Positions 29,171 to 38,081 of a stretch of 64,000 nt of DNA are shown in pieces. The notes below the pieces were generated by a model. The model ran no database searches. It worked only from the letters and a program-made list of their open reading frames with translations, and had not been told where the DNA came from. Each line of letters opens with the position of its first letter. Positions within the stretch are counted from its first letter, which is position 1. Position numbers and translations under genes: made by a program. This DNA is from Planctomycetota bacterium. Its GTDB lineage: Bacteria > Planctomycetota > JAJSAM01 > JAJVHW01. The stretch covers positions 480,001-544,000 of the forward strand of contig CBDFJG010000003.1 of NCBI GenBank assembly GCA_965248445.1. Reading direction: 5' to 3'.

Positions 29171-30118
29171 ATGGCCTCCAAGTATCTCGTGACCGGTGGG
29201 GCGGGGTTCGTGGGCTCGCACATCGTTGCGCGCCTCATCGCGGACGGACACACCGTGACGGTCCTGGACGACTTCAGCACAGGTGACGAGAAGAACCTGG
29301 CGTCCATCGACAGCACGAATCTGACCGTGGTCAAGGGAACCGTGACCGACACAAAAACGGTCTCGGACGTCGTGAAGGGGCAGCACTACGTCCTTCACCA
29401 GGCCGCGCTCCCGTCCGTCTCGCGCAGCGTCGAGGACCCGCTCGCCACGCACCACGTGAACGTCAACGGCACGCTCAACATCCTCGAGGCGGCGCGGGCG
29501 CACAAACGCACGGTCAAACGCGTCGTGTACGCCTCTTCGTCGTCGGTCTACGGCGACACGCCCACGCTGCCCAAGGCGGAGTCGATGGCGACGCAGCCGA
29601 TGTCGCCGTATGCCGTGTCCAAGCTGGCGGCCGAGCAGTATTGCCGGGCCTACTATCTCAACTACGGCCTCGAGGCAGTCGCTCTCCGCTACTTCAACGT
29701 GTTCGGCCCGCGGCAGGAGCCGGACTCGGCGTACGCGGCCGTCATCCCGAAGTTCGTCTCGGCCCTCCTCGGGCGCAGCAAGCCGGTGATCTTCGGCGAC
29801 GGCAAGCAGACTCGTGACTTCACGTACGTCGACAACGTCGTGGACGCGAACCTGTCCGCATGTCAGGCCGCAAAGGCCCCCGGACAGGTGTTCAACATCG
29901 CGTGCGGATCGCGGGTGGCAATCCACGGTCTGCTGAACATGATCGCGGAGATCCTCGAGAAAAAGCGTGAGCCGTCGATGAAGAAGGCGCGCTCCGGCGA
30001 TGTCCGTCACTCGCTGGCGGACATCTCGAAGGCGGAGGAGCACCTGAGCTACCGAGTGCGCGTCAATCTGCGCGAGGGTCTCGAGAGGACCGTGCGCTGG
30101 TACTCGGAGCGCGGCTGA
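29171..30118 (+). CDS. NAD-dependent UDP-sugar 4-epimerase (WbpP/GalE-like SDR)
   Basis: TGGAGFVGS, HQAALPSV, ASSSSVYG, YAVSK, LRYFNVFGPRQ. Confidence 0.92.
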   Translation: MASKYLVTGGAGFVGSHIVARLIADGHTVTVLDDFSTGDEKNLASIDSTNLTVVKGTVTDTKTVSDVVKGQHYVLHQAALPSVSRSVEDPLATHHVNVNGTLNILEAARAHKRTVKRVVYASSSSVYGDTPTLPKAESMATQPMSPYAVSKLAAEQYCRAYYLNYGLEAVALRYFNVFGPRQEPDSAYAAVIPKFVSALLGRSKPVIFGDGKQTRDFTYVDNVVDANLSACQAAKAPGQVFNIACGSRVAIHGLLNMIAEILEKKREPSMKKARSGDVRHSLADISKAEEHLSYRVRVNLREGLERTVRWYSERG

Positions 30119-30275
30119 GCCCCGAGCCGGGATACTGGAATCCCGGGACACCCGCCGCCGGGGATCGCCCCGCGATTCGAGCCTGAGGCTGAGAGCGGCG
30201 CGGTAGCCTGCGCAGAATCGAGGCTTCCCCCTTCACTCTTGCGCGCTCGGGGGAGCCGCTGTCAGGGGGTGTCCG

Positions 30276-31040
30276 ATGGGTCTCAAGGGTGTCGTTCTGG
30301 CCGGCGGAACCGGATCCCGGCTCCGCCCGCTGACGCACGTCACGAACAAGCACCTGCTACCGGTGTTCGACCGGCCGATGGTGTATCACCCCATCCAGAT
30401 GCTCGTCGACGCCGGCATCCGCGACGTGATGGTCGTGACCGGCGGCGAGTCGGCGGGGGACTTCCTCAAGCTCCTCGGTAACGGTGAGGCATTCGGTCTG
30501 TCGCAGATGCAGTACGGCTACCAGAAGGGCGCTGGCGGCATCGCCGAAGCTCTCGGCCTGACGCGGCAGTTCGCCGGCGACGACGGCGTGGTGGTCGTCC
30601 TCGGCGACAACATCCTCGAGCACCCGATCACCGGAGCGGTCCAAAACTTCCGCGAGCAGGGAGGCGGCGCCCGCGTCCTTCTGAAGGCCGTGCCGGACCC
30701 CGAGCGGTTCGGCGTCGCGGAACTGAGCGGCGATCGCATCGCGCGCATCGTCGAGAAGCCGCCGGAGCCCGTCTCGGATCTCGCAGTCATCGGCGTGTAC
30801 ATGTACGACGCCAACGTGTTCGAAATCGTGGATGGTCTCGCGCCGTCAGCTCGCGGCGAGCTCGAAATCACCGACGTGAACAACGCCTACCTCGATCGCG
30901 GTGAGTTGCAACACGAGGTCATCGACGGTTGGTGGACCGACGCGGGCACGTTCGAGTCTCTATTCGCAGCGAACTGCCTCGTCCACGACCAGCGGAGGGG
31001 CGGGCATGGGCAGCGGAGCAGCGGGGACGCCGGCGCGTGA
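30276..31040 (+). CDS. rmlA: Glucose-1-phosphate thymidylyltransferase (short form)
   Basis: LAGGTGSRLRPLT..NKHLLPV, LGDN, ARGELEITD, WTDAGT. Confidence 0.9.
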   Translation: MGLKGVVLAGGTGSRLRPLTHVTNKHLLPVFDRPMVYHPIQMLVDAGIRDVMVVTGGESAGDFLKLLGNGEAFGLSQMQYGYQKGAGGIAEALGLTRQFAGDDGVVVVLGDNILEHPITGAVQNFREQGGGARVLLKAVPDPERFGVAELSGDRIARIVEKPPEPVSDLAVIGVYMYDANVFEIVDGLAPSARGELEITDVNNAYLDRGELQHEVIDGWWTDAGTFESLFAANCLVHDQRRGGHGQRSSGDAGA

Positions 31041-31900
31041 GGACCCTCCTGACCGGGGGACGCGGCCTCGTCGGCAGGCCCCTGACGGCCCGCCTGAGCG
31101 AGTCGCACGACGTCGTCGCGACGGACCTGCCGGAACTTGACGTCACGGACGCGGCAGGGGTCCGCAGTGCCGTACGCGACGCCCGCCCGGACCACGTCGT
31201 CCACCTCGGAGCCTGGACCGACGTGGACGGCTGTGAGCGCGAGCCCGCCCGGGCCCACGCGGTGCACGCCGAGGGGACCGCGAACGTCGCTCGCGCTGCT
31301 GCCGGCGCAGGCGCTGCGCTGCTGTACGTCTCGACCGACTACGTCTACGACGGCCGCAAGGCCGGCGCGTACGTTGAGGACGATCCGGTCGCTCCGCTGT
31401 CGGCGTACGGAGCCAGCAAGCTGGAGGGCGAGACGGCCGTACACCGCCACGCCGGCGAGTGGCGAATTGCCCGCTGTCAGAGCATCTACGGGCGCGGCAA
31501 GAAGTCGTTCGTCGATGCGGTAATCGCACGCGCGAGTGCCGGGGAGCCATTGCGGGTCGTCACGGATCAACGGGTCTGCCCGAGCTATGCGGACGATGTT
31601 GCGGAAGCGCTCGCGGCGATTGTGGAACGGGCGGCGCCGGGTCTTTACCTGGTCGCCAACTCGGGATCGTGCACGTGGTGGGAGTTCGCGCGTGCGGTCC
31701 TCGACCTCGCCGGGTTCGAGAGCACCGCGATCGCCGAGACCACGGCAGCCGCGTTCGGACGGCCGGCCGCACGACCGGCCAACTCGGAGTTCGACTGCAA
31801 CCGGCTCGTTTCCGCGACGGGGCACACTCCGCGGCACTGGCACGATGCGCTGGCCGCGTACCTCGGCCGGGTGCCGGCAGCGGGCGAGGGATCGGCATGA
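31037..31900 (+). CDS. rmlD: dTDP-4-dehydrorhamnose reductase
   Basis: TGGRGLVG, AWTDVDGCE, STDYVYDG, YGASKLEGE, AARPANS. Confidence 0.92.
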   Translation: MRTLLTGGRGLVGRPLTARLSESHDVVATDLPELDVTDAAGVRSAVRDARPDHVVHLGAWTDVDGCEREPARAHAVHAEGTANVARAAAGAGAALLYVSTDYVYDGRKAGAYVEDDPVAPLSAYGASKLEGETAVHRHAGEWRIARCQSIYGRGKKSFVDAVIARASAGEPLRVVTDQRVCPSYADDVAEALAAIVERAAPGLYLVANSGSCTWWEFARAVLDLAGFESTAIAETTAAAFGRPAARPANSEFDCNRLVSATGHTPRHWHDALAAYLGRVPAAGEGSA

Positions 31901-32937
31901 GGTGGCTCATCACGGGCGGAGCCGGTTTCATCGGCTCCAACTTCGTCCGCAGACTGCTGCGCGATCACCCGGGCGACCAGGTTGTGAACGTCGATTCGCT
32001 GACCTATGCCGGGAACCTCGAGAACCTGGCGGAGGTCGAGGACGATCCGCGCTACACGTTTGTACGGGGCGACATCATGACTCCTGCGGCGTGGGAGTCC
32101 ACCGCCGGAGAGACGCCGGACATCCTCGTCAACATGGCCGCCGAGAGCCACGTCGATCGGTCGATCGACGATCCCTTCCCCTTCCTCCGTACGAACGTCC
32201 TGGGGACACAGGCTCTGCTCGATTGGGCGCGGACGCACGAGGTCGGCACGTTCGTCCAGGTCAGCACCGACGAGGTCTACGGATCACTGGGGCCTGACGA
32301 TCCCGAGTTCAGCGAGACGACACCACTTGCGCCGAACAGCCCGTACTCAGCGAGCAAGGCGTCGGCCGACCTCCTCGTCCGCGCGGCGCGGGAGACGCAT
32401 GGGCTCCGCACGGTCGTGACTCGCTGCTCGAACAACTACGGGGCGTACCAGTTCCCCGAGAAGCTGCTCCCTCTCATGATCACGAACATGATGGAAGATC
32501 GGGAGTTGCCGATATACGGCGACGGGCAGCAGGTGCGCGACTGGATCCACGTGGACGACCACTGCCACGGCATCGAGCTCGCCGCGCGGAAGGGCCGGTC
32601 CGGCGAGGCCTACAACTTCGGCGCGTCCGGCGAGCAGACCAACATCGCGATGGTCGAGCGGCTGCTGGCGCTGCTCGACAGGCCGCAGTCCCTCATTCGT
32701 TACGTCGAAGACCGCAAGGGGCACGACAGGCGTTACGCGGTGGACAGTTCGAAGGCGCGTATCGAACTCGGATGGGTGCCCCAGGTCGCGTTCGACGAGG
32801 GACTCGCCGCGACGGTCGACTGGTACGTGGACAACGAAACATGGTGGCGGCGTGTCAAGTCGGGGGTCTACCAGGAGTACTACGCGCATCACTATGGTGA
32901 CCGATTGGCTGATGCCGCGGAGCGTGACCAGGCATGA
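31897..32937 (+). CDS. rmlB: dTDP-glucose 4,6-dehydratase
   Basis: TGGAGFIGSN, LTYAGN, AAESHVDRSI, STDEVYG, YSASK, CSNNYG. Confidence 0.96.
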   Translation: MRWLITGGAGFIGSNFVRRLLRDHPGDQVVNVDSLTYAGNLENLAEVEDDPRYTFVRGDIMTPAAWESTAGETPDILVNMAAESHVDRSIDDPFPFLRTNVLGTQALLDWARTHEVGTFVQVSTDEVYGSLGPDDPEFSETTPLAPNSPYSASKASADLLVRAARETHGLRTVVTRCSNNYGAYQFPEKLLPLMITNMMEDRELPIYGDGQQVRDWIHVDDHCHGIELAARKGRSGEAYNFGASGEQTNIAMVERLLALLDRPQSLIRYVEDRKGHDRRYAVDSSKARIELGWVPQVAFDEGLAATVDWYVDNETWWRRVKSGVYQEYYAHHYGDRLADAAERDQA

Positions 32938-33437
32938 AGGTCCTGCGCGTTCAGGCCGACGGCGTGGACGAGCCGCTCTCCGCGGCGCTGCGCCAGGCGT
33001 TCCAGGCGTTCAATCGCGGGCTGGACATCCGGCTGCGGTTCCTCGCAATTGGAATCGACGAGCGCGTGCTGACCGTCGGCGATGCGGCGTCGGCAGCCGA
33101 GCGCGTCGATGGGGCGATCACCGAGTTCGGTGCCGAGTACATGGTGCTCGACGGCGACGGTGAGGGCGCCCTGGCAGCAGCGACGGCTGCGGCGCGCCGC
33201 CACGTCCCGCTCGTTCGATTGCGTGCAGGTCGCCGCGACGGCGATCACGCCGACGCCGCGCGTGCCGTGGACCGCATCGCGACGATTCTGATCGCGAGCA
33301 ACGCGGCGTCCGTCGCACTGCTGGCGGACGAAGGGCTCGAGGGGCACGTCGCCCCGGCGGGCGAAGAGGTTGGAAAGACAGTCATCCGGATGCTGCGGCG
33401 CTTGCGGCAGCGGGGTGGCGGAGGGACAGCATGCTGA
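32934..33437 (+). CDS. Stand-alone degenerate N-terminal half of a UDP-GlcNAc 2-epimerase fold
   Basis: MVLDGDGEGALAAATAAARRHVPLVRLRAGRR..AVDRIATILIA..LLADEG aligns by eye with WecB VVVGDVNSTLACAIVGTKLRVPVAHVEAGLR..VADAVSDLLYC..NLEAEG; overlaps both neighbours. Confidence 0.65.
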   Translation: MKVLRVQADGVDEPLSAALRQAFQAFNRGLDIRLRFLAIGIDERVLTVGDAASAAERVDGAITEFGAEYMVLDGDGEGALAAATAAARRHVPLVRLRAGRRDGDHADAARAVDRIATILIASNAASVALLADEGLEGHVAPAGEEVGKTVIRMLRRLRQRGGGGTAC

Positions 33438-35131
33438 TCCTCGGACTGGGCGGACTCGGCTACAAGGACTCGAGCGCGGCTCTCGTACGCGACGGGCGGA
33501 TCATCGCCGCGGCGTCCGAAGACCGCTTCACGCGGCAGAAGCACGCGGGGGGCTACCCGAGCGAGGCCGTCGACGCGTGCCTGCACATCGCCGGTGCGTC
33601 GCTCGCGGACGTGGACCACGTCGCGGTCGCCAACAACCCGTGGCTCGGACTGCGCGACAAGGTGCTCGAGTGGTACGGCGAGCGGTTCTTCGAGTCGCCG
33701 GAGTTTCGCGCGTATCACATCTTCCACGACGAGTCGCACTCCACACTGCTCTACCTGCAGGCACTCGAGGGCCTGCGCATCGGGCGCGAGGATCGCTTCC
33801 ACGTCGTTCCCCATCACGTCAGCCACATGGCTTCTTCGTTCCTCGCAGGTCCGGCCGAAGAGGCCGCCATCCTCGAAATGGACGGGCGCGGTGAGGTGTC
33901 GACGTCGGCGCTGGGTGTCGGGCGCGGCGCCGAAATCGAGGTGTTCCGCGTCGACAAGATGCCCAACAGCCTCGGACTTCTGCAGTCGGCAGTCGCCGAC
34001 TTCCTCGGGTTCGCAGGTCAGGACGACGAATTCCGCGTGATGAGCATCTCGTCCGAGGGCGAGGCGCGGTTCCGCGACGAGTTCCGGGAGGTCGTGCGTC
34101 TCGGCGACGACGGGTCGTTCCGGTTGAACGAGGCGTACTTCCTGTATCGCGACGGACTCGCTGCGCTGTCGCAGCGATTCAACGAGGTGTTCGGTGTCCC
34201 GCGTCGGGCAGGTGAGCCGGTGCGACAGCACCATCGCGACATCGCGGCGTCGCTGCAGCTCTCGATCGAGGACGCGGCCTTGCACGCAGCGGCGCATCTT
34301 CGTGAGCGCACCGGTCTGGACACCCTCTGCTTCGCTGGCGGCGTCGCTCTCTCGTGGGTGGTCAACGGACGGCTCGCTGCCGAGTCCGGGTTCCGCAACC
34401 TGTATGTCAATCCGTTGGCTGGCGACGACGGGACCGCGGTCGGCGCGGCACTGTGGGTGTACTCGAACTCGACGGGCAAGCGGCCGGAGGGGCTCGCATC
34501 GGTCGGTCTGGGACCGGCGGCCACCGACGCCGAGGTATCGGCTGCGCTGCGACGCACCGGACATGCGCACACACAGATTGACGACCCCGTCTCGGCGGCG
34601 GCAGAACTACTGGCGTCCGGACAGATCGTCGGGTGGTGCGAGGGCCGTGCGGAGTTCGGCCCTCGTGGTCTCGGGCACCGTGCGATCCTGTGCGATCCGT
34701 CAAATCCCGAGACACGCGCGCGCCTCCTGCGCGATGTGAAGTCGCGGGCACCGCACCATCCGTTCGCGCTCTCGATCACCGAGGAGAGCGCGGCGAAGGT
34801 CTTCGGAGGAGATGTCCGATCGCCGTACATGATGTTGTTCGGCCGCGCGCCGGACGCAGCGCGGGAACAGCTCGCGGGCGTGCTCGGCAAGGACAGCATC
34901 GTCCGCTGGCACGGTGTCTCGCCCGAGCGCGATCCGGTCTTCCATCGATTGCTGACTGCATTCGCTGATCGCACGGGCGGGTTGCCAGCGCTGCTCAACA
35001 CGAGTCTCAACCGGCCCGGCCGCCCGCCTGCGCTGACGACGGACGACGCACTCGAGGTCTTCGCCACGACGGGGCTCGACGCGATCGTCATCGGATCGCA
35101 CCTGCTGCAGAAGCCCGCGAGGGAAGAGTAG
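33431..35131 (+). CDS. NodU/CmcH-family carbamoyltransferase, divergent copy
   Basis: SEDRFTRQKH, HHVSH, MDGRGE, GGVAL, EFGPRGLGHR, LLNTSLN; several motifs altered. Confidence 0.85.
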   Translation: MLILGLGGLGYKDSSAALVRDGRIIAAASEDRFTRQKHAGGYPSEAVDACLHIAGASLADVDHVAVANNPWLGLRDKVLEWYGERFFESPEFRAYHIFHDESHSTLLYLQALEGLRIGREDRFHVVPHHVSHMASSFLAGPAEEAAILEMDGRGEVSTSALGVGRGAEIEVFRVDKMPNSLGLLQSAVADFLGFAGQDDEFRVMSISSEGEARFRDEFREVVRLGDDGSFRLNEAYFLYRDGLAALSQRFNEVFGVPRRAGEPVRQHHRDIAASLQLSIEDAALHAAAHLRERTGLDTLCFAGGVALSWVVNGRLAAESGFRNLYVNPLAGDDGTAVGAALWVYSNSTGKRPEGLASVGLGPAATDAEVSAALRRTGHAHTQIDDPVSAAAELLASGQIVGWCEGRAEFGPRGLGHRAILCDPSNPETRARLLRDVKSRAPHHPFALSITEESAAKVFGGDVRSPYMMLFGRAPDAAREQLAGVLGKDSIVRWHGVSPERDPVFHRLLTAFADRTGGLPALLNTSLNRPGRPPALTTDDALEVFATTGLDAIVIGSHLLQKPAREE

Positions 35132-35142
35132 AGACGCGCCCG

Positions 35143-36831
35143 ATGCGCATACTCGGGATCAACGCTGCCAGCCACAACGCTTCCGCGGCGCTCGTGGACG
35201 ACGGGTGCCTCGTGGCGTTCGCCGAGGAGGAGCGCTTCAACCGCGAGAAGTACACGATGGCGTTCCCCGAACAGGCGGCGCGCTATTGCATCCGTGCCTC
35301 AGGCGGATCGATCGAAGAGGTGGACATGGTGGCGTTCGCGGGAACGCCGTCCGCGGAGATGTGGCACTCGGCCGTGGACGCCGTACGGCTGTTCGGGCGA
35401 CCGTGGTATCGCACCTGGCTCCGCAACCAAGTGCTGGTCACAGGTCTCTACAAGGGAGGGCGACAGGTCCGCCGCGCCCGCTTCAAGCTCGGCTTCGACG
35501 GTCGCCTGCGCACCGTGGGACACCACCTGTGCCACGCATCGAGTGCGTTCCACTGTTCTCCGCACGATCGGGCAGCGATTCTCACGATCGACGCCCAGGG
35601 CGACGGCGTCGCGTCTGCCGTCTACTCGGGTGACGGCGCGGCGATCAAGCACGTCAAGACATGGGGGTTCCCCGAGCACTCGATCGGGCACTTCTACGAC
35701 TGCGTCGCCGAGTGGCTCGGCTTCCGTCCGGTGCTGGACGCGGGAAAGGTGATGGGGCTCGCCTCGTACGGCAACGCAGACAGCGTGGTCGAGAAGTTCG
35801 AGACGTTCTGCCGCATCGGCCGCGCAGGGGACATCGCGTTCGATCTGGACCTGCTCAAGCGGGAGCGCGGCCGCCGGTCCTCAGCGCGGTTCGAGCAGCT
35901 GTTCGGTCCGTCGCGGCGCGACGAGGAGTCGCCGGACGAGCCGCGTTTCGCCGACGTCGCGGCCGGCGCGCAAGCGATCCTCGAGCGGGCGGTGTTCTCT
36001 CTCGCGGAGGCGGCGCGGGAGCTGACCGGCGAACAGGATCTCTGCATGGCCGGCGGTGTCGCGCTGAACAGCGTCGCGAACGGCAAGCTCCAGATGGACG
36101 GACCGTTCGAACGCATCTGGATCCAGCCGGCCGCGAACGATGCGGGGCTCGCGCTGGGGGCGGCGTTTCAGGCCTGGCACGAGCAGGGCGGTGACCGCAA
36201 GTTCGTCATGGAGCATGCCTATTGGGGGCCGGGGCACGGGACCGAAGAAGTCCGGCAGGCGCTCGAAGTGTCGAAGGCGACGTATCGCGAGGTCGGCGAC
36301 CCGGCCGCGGCTGCGGCAGAACTGGTGGCCGCCGATCAGATCGTCGGGTGGTACCAGGGTCGGGCCGAGGTGGGGCCGCGCGCGCTCGGCAATCGCAGCA
36401 TCCTCGCGAACCCCCGGAATCCCACGATGAAGGACGTCGTGAACAAGTACGTCAAGCATCGTGAGCCGTTCCGCCCGTTCGCCCCGAGCTGCATTCTCGA
36501 GGACGCCGACCAGTGGTTCGAGCGGGGCAGTCCGTCGCCCTACATGCTCAAGGTCTGGCGAGTGAAGGAGGCTGCGAAGAGCGAGCTCCCGGCGATTTCA
36601 CACATCGACGGAACGGCGCGACTGCAGACCGTCACGGAGCGTGAGAATCCCCTCTACCATCGGTACCTCCGCGAGCTCGGAGCGCGCAACGGGATCCCCT
36701 GCACGCTGAACACGTCGTTCAACATCCGGGGCGAGCCGATCGTGAACTCACCGATGGACGCGCTGAAGTGCTACTTCACGACGGGTCTCGATGCGCTGGT
36801 GATCGATCGCTTCGTGCTGATGAAGGCGTGA
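35143..36831 (+). CDS. NodU/CmcH-family carbamoyltransferase
   Basis: EEERFNREK, HHLCH, KVMGLASYG, GGVALN, GPRALGNRSIL, KHREPFRPFAP, HIDGTARLQTV, NTSFN. Confidence 0.95.
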   Translation: MRILGINAASHNASAALVDDGCLVAFAEEERFNREKYTMAFPEQAARYCIRASGGSIEEVDMVAFAGTPSAEMWHSAVDAVRLFGRPWYRTWLRNQVLVTGLYKGGRQVRRARFKLGFDGRLRTVGHHLCHASSAFHCSPHDRAAILTIDAQGDGVASAVYSGDGAAIKHVKTWGFPEHSIGHFYDCVAEWLGFRPVLDAGKVMGLASYGNADSVVEKFETFCRIGRAGDIAFDLDLLKRERGRRSSARFEQLFGPSRRDEESPDEPRFADVAAGAQAILERAVFSLAEAARELTGEQDLCMAGGVALNSVANGKLQMDGPFERIWIQPAANDAGLALGAAFQAWHEQGGDRKFVMEHAYWGPGHGTEEVRQALEVSKATYREVGDPAAAAAELVAADQIVGWYQGRAEVGPRALGNRSILANPRNPTMKDVVNKYVKHREPFRPFAPSCILEDADQWFERGSPSPYMLKVWRVKEAAKSELPAISHIDGTARLQTVTERENPLYHRYLRELGARNGIPCTLNTSFNIRGEPIVNSPMDALKCYFTTGLDALVIDRFVLMKA

Positions 36832-38051
36832 GCGGAACCACCACCGCTACTCGTCGCGTCGCTTACGTCGCGTACACGTTCCCGGTCCTCACGCAGACGT
36901 TCACGACCCGCGAGGTCGGCGCCTTGCGCGCCGCTGGTATGGAACTCACGGTGTTCGCGGCCCGTCCCGGTGCAGACGCGCGGCTGGATCCGGAGGCGGA
37001 GCACGAGGCGCGCCTCACCCAGTACCTGCCCGCTCCGTACTCTGCGACCGCGCTCGTGCAGGCACTGCTGTGGCTGACGCGTCGCCCGCTGCGGTTCCTC
37101 GCGACCCTGCTCGCGTGTCTCGGCGGCGCATACCGCGACGATGGTCTGCGCTGCCGTCTCCGGGCGCCGTTGCACTTCGTGATCGGCGCCGCTCTCGCCT
37201 CGCGACTGCGTCACGTCGGAGGGTTCGCCCGCATCCACGCACAGATGGTGGATGCCGGGAGCACCGTCGCGTTCGTGGCGTCTCGTCTGCTCGACCTCCC
37301 GTTCTCGTTCACCAATCACACGGCATACAACCCGTTCCTGCTCGCGTTGAAGGCGCGGCACGCGGAACTGGTCGTGTCGATCAGCGAGTACGACCGCGCT
37401 GACGTCGTACGGCGCGTCGGGCGTCCGGCCGGGCGGCACGAGGTGGCGCGCGTCGGCATTCGCGTCGATGACTGGGCAGGGCTGGAGCGTACACCCGAGC
37501 CTGGTCGCGTGGTGTCGGTCGCCGCGCTGCGCGACAAGAAGGGTCATGAAGACCTGGTTCGCGCCGCGGCTGCCTTACACGACGCCGGCACCGAGATCCG
37601 CGTTGTGATCGTAGGCGACGGCGCGGAGCGAGCAACGCTCGAGCGCGTGATCCGCGAGACCGGTGCGCCGGTCGAACTCGCTGGCGCGGCTCCGCCGTCC
37701 CGGGTGCGCGAAGAACTGGCGCGCGCCACCGCGTTCTGTCTGCCCTGCCGGACAGCAGCGAACGGAGACATCGACGGAATCCCTGTTGCGCTGATGGAGG
37801 CGATGGCGGCGGGGGTGCCCGTCATCGCGACACGCCTCTCCGGCGTCCCCGAGTTGATCGAGGACGGAGCGTCCGGGCTGCTGGTGCCCGAGCGCGATCC
37901 CGCGGCGTTGGCGGAGGCCTTGGCGTGCGTCCTCTCCGACGTCGATCTGGCCGCGCATCTGAGCGCGGGCGGACGACGGCGGGTCGCAGCGGCGCACGAC
38001 CTCGGGCAGACCGCCGCGCGCCTCTGCGGTCTCCTCCTCGGCACACCGTGA
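36828..38051 (+). CDS. GT4 glycosyltransferase (WcaL-like)
   Basis: FPVLTQTF, KKGH, DGIPVALMEAMAAG, SGVPELIEDG. Confidence 0.9.
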   Translation: MSGTTTATRRVAYVAYTFPVLTQTFTTREVGALRAAGMELTVFAARPGADARLDPEAEHEARLTQYLPAPYSATALVQALLWLTRRPLRFLATLLACLGGAYRDDGLRCRLRAPLHFVIGAALASRLRHVGGFARIHAQMVDAGSTVAFVASRLLDLPFSFTNHTAYNPFLLALKARHAELVVSISEYDRADVVRRVGRPAGRHEVARVGIRVDDWAGLERTPEPGRVVSVAALRDKKGHEDLVRAAAALHDAGTEIRVVIVGDGAERATLERVIRETGAPVELAGAAPPSRVREELARATAFCLPCRTAANGDIDGIPVALMEAMAAGVPVIATRLSGVPELIEDGASGLLVPERDPAALAEALACVLSDVDLAAHLSAGGRRRVAAAHDLGQTAARLCGLLLGTP

Positions 38052-38081
38052 CTTGAGATCCTGACCTCGTAAGCTCTCGCC

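Noticed and set aside
30199..30210. ops/JUMPStart-like CGCGGTAGCCTG upstream of rmlA
   Set aside because: One mismatch to GGCGGTAGnnTG, no JUMPStart context, and likely by chance in GC-rich DNA (a similar string occurs near 9345)
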